In this document: positions 29,537 to 38,821 of the stretch, in pieces | Layout: the number at the start of each line of letters is the position of its first letter | Numbering within the stretch: position 1 is the first letter of the stretch | DNA from: Octopus bimaculoides | Lineage: Eukaryota | Length of the DNA: 64,000 nt | NCBI RefSeq assembly: GCF_001194135.2 | Contig: NC_068990.1 | Location: forward strand, 7,955,997 to 8,019,996 | Direction: 5' to 3' | The notes under the pieces: generated by a model | What the model was told of the DNA's origin: nothing | What the model saw: the letters and a program-made list of their open reading frames with translations, nothing else | Databases searched by the model: none | Translations under genes and position numbers: made by a program

Positions 29537-30640
29537 TTAGGCTGTTTCACATGAAATGTCGCATTTTTAATTACTTGTTATTTCAGTCATTTAAAAACTC
29601 AATTATGTACACCTTGCATTTAATCTGAACTCCTTTTATTTCCAAACAATATCCGTATACAAAATTCGTACCGATAGACCTTTTGAAAATTATAACAACC
29701 AAACTATGCTGAGTGATTTTCTCGTATGAGTAGAAACTGGGTCACTCTGCCGCAGAATCTCTACGGAATATCAAGCGGGCCTTTGGTATTGGTTTTGTTG
29801 ACATCGGAACTGTGCAGAGATGGTTCCAAATCTCTCGTTCAAGATAAAATAAACCAAGGTGTAGGCCAAAATCAGTTATTCAGCATGATGGATTAAATGC
29901 TTTGGTTGAACAAACTCCGAGAACAAAGGTTCGAAAATTTTCATTAGAACTCCAAACATCTCGTGCAACTGTTTTTGGACACCTGTGAAAAATTGGAAAA
30001 GTCAAGAAAACAGACAGGTTTGTTCCACATAAACTGAACGAGATTTTAATAAAACAGACACCTCAAAGTGTGCTCCTTATTGCTTTCACGACTGGAAGAA
30101 GACCATTTTTGTATCAACTCATTACTTTTGATGAGAAATCGATACTCTTTGACAACAGCTGGAGAACAGGACAGCAATTACATGCACGAGAGTCGTCTAA
30201 ACACTACCCAAACCCACCATTGAACCCTAAAATGTTAGTGGTAACTGTATGGTAGTCTGCGAAGGGAGTTATTCATTATTCATTTTTGAAACAAGCAAAA
30301 CACGGTAACAGCAACAACGCATTGCCAGAAAATTGATTCTATGCATGGGAATTTGAAAAAAGAAGCAACCCAGACTATGAACGTCCTTACACTCCCCAAG
30401 CTACGGTCCAAACGTTGCAAGCCTGAATTATAAGATTTTGCAACATCCTCCCTATTCCCCTAATATGTCTCCTACTGATCGCTTATTTAAGCGGTTTGAG
30501 CTTTTCATAAGCAATAAGACATTCTTAAATAGAGAAGAGGTAATTGAAGCATTCGGACAGTTTATCACAACAAAACAGGATTTTTTAAAAAAGAAACTTT
30601 AGATAAACGTCATAAATGAACATGAATCATACTTTGATTA
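29537..30640 (+). mobile_element. Decayed mariner element, near full length
   Basis: TA plus ttaggctg TIR-like start; FVPHKLN (WVPHEL), LITFDEK (DEKW), MLVVTVW and HPPYSPNMSPTD motifs, with stops and frameshifts. Confidence 0.85.
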
Positions 30641-33600
30641 AATTAATCAGTTCTCACACACTTCTGAAACATTTTATTGTTTATATATATATATATNNNN
30701 NNNNNNNNNNNNNNNNNNNNNNNNNNNNNNNNNNNNNNNNNNNNACAAAGAGATGCATTAGTATAACGCTCGGGAATTGAAAAAGTTTTTAACGTGTCGA
30801 GCTTACGCTCTCCCACAGAAACGAACACAGTAAGAAACAAGGAGAGAAAAAAAAAGGAGAGAAAAAATGTGTGTAGTGGTCAGCGATCTATCATGGCGAA
30901 TATATATATATGACTCTCTTATTCTTTCATTCTTTCTTTCTTTCTATCAGCCTCTTCACACTTACTTCGTTCTTTCCACTCTTCTTTCGTTCCCCTCTCT
31001 CACATTTCCTGGTTTTCTCTTCATTATCACCTTCTCTCCTCTTTCACTTCACTCTGTCCCTTTTCATTTTCTCTCGTCCCTCCTTAATTCTTCTATACCT
31101 CTGCCTCTACCACTCTCCTCTCTCTCCGCGTTTCCGGTGTTCGGCCAAGTCTAACCTTTGTTTCTTGGTTCGACTACCATGCGTGCAACATCTATATTCC
31201 TCCGCATGCCTGTCATTTCTTATGTCTCAGCCGTAAGGCGTCACTTCCATACGCACCAGCTTAATTTAATTCGTCCTTAGTCGAATGGCACCTGTTATTA
31301 ATGTTCTATTATATGCATTTGTATTTGTGTGCCATTTCTCCCCTTTTTCCGTCCATGTTTTCGTATACATTCGCTGCTTTCTTCCGAGGAATCAAGTGCT
31401 CTTAGTTTAGTTCTTCCTTGCGGCTGGCCAGATTGGAGCAATCTCAAGTATAACCAGCCGAAATTGCAAAGATAATCTGGAACTCGACAGAGGAAAGAAA
31501 ACTCCGAATGACCCGTTCTTGTTTTTTCTTGTCCCTTTTTTGTATCATCTGTCTGGATGGCTTGCGTTCTTGTCCCATTTTTTTTATTCCTTTATATATT
31601 TAAAGCAGTTGTATACTGCCAACTTAATGTGACAGTCCCGGTAAAGGAATCATACTGCTGCTAATTAGCCTTAGGAAGCTGGACCGCTTCCTGTCGGCCT
31701 TGACACATTTCCTGTGTCCCTATGTTTGTGAGGGGGAGACAAGCAAGCACCTCCACCTAGCCAAGCCTGCATTCAGGGACATGTTTCTGAGGACAGGCAT
31801 CTTTTCGGAGAAAGTACTAGGTCCCTATTTTTTCGGGTTTTACGTTATGAGTTCAAATTCCACCAAGGCCATGTTTATTATTCATTCCTTCAGGGTCAAT
31901 AAAATGGAAACCAATTGAAAAATAGGGTCTATGTAAGCCCCTACTCCCGCCCAAATTGCAGGCCTTGCGCCAGTAGTGGAAAGGTGATTTTTACATTAAT
32001 TATCGGTAGCTAAAAGGGAAAACTTTTGAGATTTTTACCAAGAACGCAAAACTAGAAAGAAATACATGGCATTCTCTTTTTTACTTCAACATAATCGCAC
32101 AGACAAAAATCGCACAGACAAAAATCGCACTACACTATGTGAATACATACATTAGTGCTTTTGATCTTGTAAGTAAATGCCTAACTCTCAGTCTCGATAA
32201 GCTTGGCTTTTTAGAAAAAGAAATTAGCCGACTTACATTTACAAATACAGTCTTTAAGCAGAAAAGTAAAACTATGCAAGATGTTTCTCACGTTTAAAAT
32301 GTCAAATTGTTTTCGTTATCTACTTTCCAGCGACGGAGGTTTGTATCTTCAAAGGAAGAATTTAAAGACTTGAAAACAGAAAAAGATCATACATACATAA
32401 CATGTAAATACATATATGTAAGTATACACGTATGCACATATATATCCGTACATGTATATATATGTGTGTGTGCGCGCGTGGACATGTTTCTGTTTGTGTA
32501 TACACATGTATGTATATATATGTACATGTGTGTGGATATGTATATGTGTATACTCACAAACACATATCCACATAAATATATGCTTACATATGCGCGTGTG
32601 ACATTCGTCTTTAAATTGTAGCCCGTTATATCCTAATTTAATAGTGCTCTATTTTGGCTGTATAACCGCAAGAAATTTTTCCTCACTTGTATTGTTGCAG
32701 TATTAAAATATATCACGTTGATATTTATTGCTGCGTTTTAGGGAAGGGTATAAAGGATAAAACTGGTTAATGCTTCTACACTGTCAATGCTATATTTTGT
32801 ATCTTCGATATAAATCATCATTGAAGAGTATCAACCCTTTTAGAAAATAAAAGCCACCCAGGAAGTAAAATATTTCATCGGAATTCCTTTCTTCTTAGTA
32901 AAGTATTTTACTCTATTTACGACGCACATGTGCCAGGTAAAGTTATTGAAGACATAAAATTTCCTCATCCTTGTGTATAGATTATAGCATGTGACGCTAT
33001 ATAAGTTAGCAGGAATTTTTGAAGTTAACAGAGGTACAGAGACAGACAGCATGCACCTATTTCAAACAACACCACCTGCAGTTCACCGCAGTGTTCTTTC
33101 TGTTCATCATTCATGTATACACATCTCAACCAAGTTCTGCTAAAGTTCTGTCCGATAGATTAGATTTGTGCACCAAAACAAAGGCGAAGTTTGAAGTAAA
33201 AGAAAATGCCATACAGGTATTTAAACCAAAACGAACTGTACCTTTTGTTGTAGCGTTATAAAAGATAAATTTAGAGTTAGAGAGACGAGAAAAAAACTGG
33301 AGTTATTCCAAAAGTCAAATATAGTCAATGGGCATCACCAACTGTGTACGTAAAAAAAAAAAAAAAAGAATAATAAAATCAGAGTGTGTGCTGATTTTTT
33401 GACTGGCTGAAACGAATGTCTTCAAGTGTTCAACTATCTGCTTCTGCGGAGGACATATTTGAGAAATTCAACGGAGGCAAGGTATTTTCTAAATTGGATC
33501 TCTCTGACGCGTACCTACAGATTAGTGTAGACGATGCACGTTCTAAATACCTAACAATTGACACATATAAGTTATCATTTGGCTTAAAAGTCGCCTGGCG

Positions 33601-34144
33601 ATTTTTCAACAGATTATCGCTGCAATTTTAGCGGACTGTGAATTCGCAATTCCATATCTGGATGATTTACTCATAAACAGTGAATCCCGAGACCAACAGG
33701 TAGATAACGTAAAATATGTGTTCAAAAAAATTAGGGACTATGAGTGAAGGAAAGTGTGATTTTTTCTTATTGAAAATAAAATATGTAGGAAAAATCATTG
33801 GCAGAAATGAACGTTGACAAGAGCCATCGAAGACAGATGCAATTAAAAATATGCTAAAGGCCGAAAAATATAACGACCTTACAAGCATTTTTGAGACGAA
33901 AATTATATTCCAAATATGCACACCGTATGAGCTCTATTGAATAATCTGCTAAGACAAGATATAAGGTGGACCAGGTCTGAAAATTATCAGGTGTTCAAGG
34001 AAATTAAAAAAAAAAGATTAACATCTGATTTGGTTTCAGCACACTTCGTTTCTGCAGTGGAGATTATTGTAACTTTAGATGCCTCTGAGTATGGGATGGG
34101 AGCAGTAATGCTATATGAATATAAAGATGGTAAAATGAAGGCGG

Positions 34145-34465
34145 GGTGGAGGCGCAATGGTCTAATGGTTAGGGCAGCGGACTCGCGGGCGGAGATTCGC
34201 AGTTTCGATTCCCAGACCGAGCATTGTGTGTGTTTATTGAGCGAAGACACCTAAAGCTCCACGAGGTTCCGGCAGTGGGTGGCGGCGACCCCTGTTGTAC
34301 TCTTTCGCCCCAACTTTCTCTCCACTCTTTCTTCTTGTTTCTTGAGTAACGCTGCGGTGGACTGGCGTCCCGTCAAGCTAGAGGAAAATATTCACCATAG
34401 AAACCGGGAAACCGGGCCCATGAGCCTGGCTAGGCTTGAAAAGGGCGCATAAAAAAAGATAAATA
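34145..34465 (+). mobile_element. tRNA-head SINE family C inserted in Gypsy RNaseH, with 13-bp TSD
   Basis: A-box-like ggcgcaatggtctaatgg, B-box-like gtttcgattcc, A-rich tail. TSD aaaatgaaggcgg (34132-34144) / aaaatgagggcgg (34466-34478). The Gypsy coding sequence resumes after it. Confidence 0.85.
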
Positions 34466-35965
34466 AAAATGAGGGCGGTAGTTCATGCCTCACTTACACT
34501 GATATCAGCAGAAAAAAAAAAACTTACTGCTAAATCGTAAAAGAGGGTTTAGCGATTATTTTTGCCGCAAAAAAGTTTCATAGATTTTTACACGGTAGGA
34601 ATTTTCGACTACAGACTCATCATTGTTCGTTATTATTTATATATGGGTCGAAGAAAGGAATCCCTACCCATACTGCTAATAGGCTGCCACTCTGGTGTAC
34701 TATATTATGGAACTATGATTTTAAGATTGAGTATATACAATCTAAGAAATTAAGTCATGCTGATTGTTTATCAAGACTGATTTCAAAAAGTGCTGAAGCA
34801 TTTGAAGATGACGTGATTGCTGCGTTGCGAACGGAAAATGAAATTAATGATGTTTTGTGTAACATCATACGTGAACTGCCAGTTACGTTACAAGATATAA
34901 AATTAAAATCGGAAAACGATAAATTCATTAAAAAATAAAAGAGCTGCTGCGGACTAAAAGAGATAAAAATATGAGCAACACCAATGCGAACCCATTCTTA
35001 ATGTGTGACAATGTGTTGATGTAAGCACAAAGTGTCGTAGTACCAGCTACACTACAGAAGCGATTGTTATAAGAATTTCACATTGGTTACCCAGGGATTT
35101 CGAGAATGAAATCGTTTAATTGAAAGTTATGTATATTGGCCAACATTGGACCGTGACATTGAAGAACTAGTGAAAGCATGCAGAAGGTGTGCCCAAGCTG
35201 CAAAAGTACCTCCCACTAAATGGCAACCGCTGCCAAAAACAAATATTCCATGGTCCAGACTGCATGTTGATTACGCAGGTCCACTTAAGGGTTTATATTA
35301 ACTTTTTATGGTGGACAGTTTTTCAAAGTGGCCTGAAGTGCATAAGTATAAAATGCCAACATCTGCGGTTACAGTACGTATTTTACACGAATTGTTCGCC
35401 AGATATGGTGTTCCTGATAACATTGTGTCTGATAATGGAACCTAATTTACCTTAGACAAGTTCAGAAAATTTACCGTTACATATACATACCAGGGCCTTG
35501 TAAATGATGGTGAGCAAGATTTTTCAAATATTGGAGAACATAACAAGGTCATTGCTGGGATTTATCCAATGGCTTAAAATTTTTAAAAGTTTTTTCATAA
35601 AATCCTTCCTTCCATCATTTCCAATAAACGAAAAAGCAGGAAAAAAAAACAAAAAAAAACAAGAGAAAAGATTTGTCATAGTTTAAAAGTTCTGAATTAT
35701 CTCCCTTGAAGACTGCCATATACAGGCAGAGAATGAGTTTCTAAAGAGATTAGAATAATTAAATTTCTAAAATCTAGGTAAATAAAGTAAATTAAGTAAG
35801 TAGTATGTAACGAAAATGTTTTAATTAATTATATAAGTAAAATAAAATGAGAGTTATTTTGTTTTTGAGATGTATAAATAAATTAATTGTAAATGTTGTT
35901 GCTATAAGATCATCGAATGTATTGAATAGTAAAGGGATATATAGAAATTGTCCACGAGGAAAAGC

Positions 35966-36128
35966 ATACTTACCTGGCACAGGGGTAAACCGTGATCAGC
36001 AAGGTGGTTCTTCCAGAGTGAGGCCCTTCCATTGCACTCCGGTTGGGTTGACCTTTGCGATCGTCCCTAATGTGGGCGATTCGGGTGCGCTATTTCTAAG
36101 TGTGGGGTCTGCGTTCGCGCTCACCCCG
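35966..36128 (+). ncRNA. U1: U1 spliceosomal snRNA, copy 1 (163 nt)
   Basis: ATACTTACCTGG 5' end; SL2 loop ATTGCACTCC; SL3 with taatgt loop; SL4 ggggtctgcgttcgcgctcacccc. Helix H shows covariation (gcac/gtgc versus vertebrate gcag/ctgc). Confidence 0.93.
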
Positions 36129-36150
36129 TAAATCAAACAAAGAATAGACT
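36129..36150 (+). terminator. Possible snRNA 3' box downstream of U1 (aatcaaacaaagaatagact); repeated at ~37497-37518
   Basis: Position right after U1 and resemblance to the AAA..AGA 3'-box consensus; same in both copies. Inference only. Confidence 0.35.
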
Positions 36151-37333
36151 ATCGCTAATGAATTTTTATGGTAGATAGTTTTTCAAAGTGGCCTGAAGTG
36201 CGTAAGTATAAAAAGCCAACATCTGCGGTTACAGTTCGTATTTTACACGAATTGTTAGCCAGATATGGTGTTCCTGATACCATTGTGTCTGATAATGGAA
36301 CCTAATTTACCTTAGACAAGTTCAGAAAATTTTGTAAAAGTTCGTTGTCGAACACGTGACCACTCCACCGTATCATCCTTGGTCAAATGGACAAGCGGTT
36401 CGCTTTGTTGACAATTCTAAGAGGGCGTTGAAAAAGGCGAACAATGAAGTAATGGACAACCGTGCGTTCAACAATTTCTATGAGTGTACCGAGTAGCACC
36501 TAATACGAATACCCCACCTGGAATGTCCGCCGCAGAAGCATCAGATCCGTTTTAGATAAGATGATACCGAGTGAAAATAGAAAACAGGAGAATAGCAAAA
36601 ACATTCTATCACATCTTTCTTTCGCATGCTCTCGGATGTTATAACCTGCCCGTCGAGGTATGGTATTTTTCAACATAACGGTATATAAATACTTTCTTAA
36701 AACTTTATGCATTGTTCATCTTTCGCATCTTACAACATGCAATTATAACAACAAATTTTTATCGTTACAACTGCTGTCTCGCATATTACATATTATTGTG
36801 TACCTAATCAATCTTACCATTACAATTGGTAACTACACTAATTAAAACCCGACCGTTACATATACATACCAGGGCCTTGTAAATGATGGCGAGCAAGCTT
36901 TTTAAAATATTGGAGAACATGACAAGGTCCTTGCTGGGATTTATCCAGTGGCTGAAAATTTTCAAAAGTTTTTTCTTAAAAACCTTCCTTCCATCATTTC
37001 CAATAAACGAATAAGCAGAAAAAAAAAAACAAGAGAAAAGATTTGTCGTAATTTAAGTTATGAATTATCTCCCTTGAAGACTGCCATATACAAGCAGAGA
37101 ATGAGTTTTTAAAGAGATTAGAATAATTAAATTTCTAAAATCTAGGTAAATAAAGTAAATTAAGTAAGTAGTATGTAACGAAAATGTTATAATTAATTGT
37201 ATAAGTAAAATAAAATGAGAGTTATTTTGTTTTTGAGATGTATAAATAAATTAATTGTAAATGTTGTTGCTATAAGATCATCGAATGTATTGAATAGTAA
37301 AGGGATATATAGAAATTGTCCATGAGAAAAAGC

Positions 37334-37495
37334 ATACTTACCTGGCACAGGGGTAAACCGTGATCAGCAAGGTGGTTCTCCCAGAGTGAGGCCCTTCCAT
37401 TGCACTCGGTTGGGTTGACCTTTGCGATCGCCTCAAATGTGGGCGATTCGGGTGCGCTATTTCTAAGTGTGGGGTCTGCGTTCGCGCTTACCCCG
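37334..37495 (+). ncRNA. U1: U1 spliceosomal snRNA, copy 2 (162 nt)
   Basis: Same as copy 1 apart from a few substitutions and a 1-nt deletion after ATTGCACTC. SL3 still pairs (atcgcct/gggcgat). Confidence 0.92.
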
Positions 37496-38088
37496 AAAAT
37501 CAAACAAAGAATAGACTATCGCTAATGAATTCTCCAATGGTCATACATTGGAGAAGCATTGTATTGTACATGCATAGTTATTTTTCGCTGCTATTTCAAG
37601 CAAGTCATTATCTACGGAATACTATTACGGACATTTTTTCTTGCGGACGAATGTGTATTTCGTATCCTATGTACATGTGCAGATTTTAGGCTGCTGTTTC
37701 TAGCAAGTCGATCCTTTATCTAATGGATTTAAATAAATTATCATATTCATATTTGATATATTTAGGTTCATATTTGATGATACCGAGTGAAAATAGAAAA
37801 CAGGCGAATAGCAAAAATGTTTCAAAATTCTTCAAGTTAGGTGAAGTTAAAAATATGGTAAAGAAAGCTGTGAGGACGGTGTAATTGTTAAACAAAATGG
37901 AAGAATGTTATTCCTGTAAAAAGAGGAACTGTCGAACATAAAAGATAAATTAACCAACTTAAAAACGATTCACAGAAAGAAAAAAAAAAAAAACAATCAC
38001 AAGAAAACAAACCTCCATGGAAGTTTTTGCAAGACACGTTTGAGATACCAACACCCAAACAATGGAGAAGTTAGGGGAGACTAATTCT

Positions 38089-38100
38089 AAAAAGAAGAGA
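38089..38100 (+). other. Polypurine tract of the Gypsy element
   Basis: aaaaagaagaga lies immediately before TGTTG. Confidence 0.6.
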
Positions 38101-38250
38101 TGTTGTGGAAGAATTCCGACTACGCCACAAGTGACTAAAAGTGGATTGGAATATTGCTATAAAATAAAGAACTATCAGCACATCAGAGTAAGCAGTTCAC
38201 AGTAATGAATACGTTCTTTGCCCCTGCTTCGTTAAATTATTTATCCAACA
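38101..38250 (+). repeat. Gypsy 3' LTR (~150 bp)
   Basis: TGTTG...CAACA termini directly after the PPT and downstream of the integrase C-terminus. No second copy seen in the window. Confidence 0.6.
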
Positions 38251-38255
38251 CCATG

Positions 38256-38290
<35 letters not shown>

Positions 38291-38410
38291 TGAATCCAAA
38301 CATGAACGAGCAAGAAAAGACACGGAAAAGCAACAACGCGAGGACGTAGAATAAGTACAGTGTTATTGGACGCTCGTGCAGTTACTGTTTATACCTCGTT
38401 CAGAGATTTA

Positions 38411-38442
<32 letters not shown>

Positions 38443-38509
38443 GTATATGTATATATATAATTTAAGAGATGAGGAATTATGTACATTATTTACATTATTC
38501 ACATTTGAC

Positions 38510-38767
38510 GGCGTAGTGGTTAAGAGCGCGGGCTATTAACTCCAAGATTCCGAGTTCGATTCCAGGCAGTGACCTCAATAGTAGTAGTAATAATAATAAT
38601 TATTATTATTATAATAAGAGCAACATGGAAAAATACATTTGGGATGAGAACCCAGGTTAGAAATTTCCCCAAGACACCTGATGAAGGCTGGAGGGTATTT
38701 CAGCCGAAACGTTGTTCACAACAAACAAGATGAGGACAAATATCCGTCAAATGTAAATATGTAAATA

Positions 38768-38772
<5 letters not shown>
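38510..38772 (+). mobile_element. tRNA-head SINE with internal (AAT)n and a hammerhead-ribozyme-like 3' region
   Basis: A box gcgtagtggtta and B box gagttcgattcc; CTGATGA (38678) - stem ggctg...cagcc - GAAAC (38706). Confidence 0.7.

Positions 38773-38821
<49 letters not shown>

Larger units (their letters stand above)
33135..38250 (+). mobile_element. Gypsy/Ty3 LTR retrotransposon, 5'-truncated and pseudogenised (RT-RNaseH-IN plus 3' LTR), interrupted by a SINE and two U1 cassettes
   Basis: RT FSKLDLSDAYLQI (33484) and PYLDDLLI (33652); RNaseH LDASEYGMGAV (34075) and ADCLSRL (34759); IN PWSRLHVDYAGP (35248), VSDNGT*FT (35425), TPPYHP-SNGQA (36362); IN C-terminus EDGVIVKQNGRMLFL..HKR..NQLKKR (37875-37970). 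Order RT-RH-IN indicates Gypsy. Confidence 0.92.

Noticed and set aside
31470-31520. Possible second hammerhead in the repeat at 30745-31620
   Set aside because: The core CUGANGA/GAAA is not intact in this copy and no helices could be assigned.
32843-32936. 93-nt exon-like segment (ttttag...CAG|gtaaag) just upstream of the Gypsy
   Set aside because: Isolated, the peptide is unrecognised, and there are no partner exons.
32000-33135. 5' LTR, PBS or gag of the Gypsy element
   Set aside because: No match to 38101-38250 was seen upstream; the element appears 5'-truncated within pol.
35966-37495. U1-derived SINE or processed U1 pseudogenes
   Set aside because: The copies are full length, keep hundreds of bp of shared upstream and downstream flank, and lack poly-A tails or short TSDs.
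38510-38575. Genuine tRNA genes (also SINE heads at 2786, 34145, 58432)
   Set aside because: Only A/B boxes are retained, there is no complete cloverleaf, and they continue into repeated SINE bodies.
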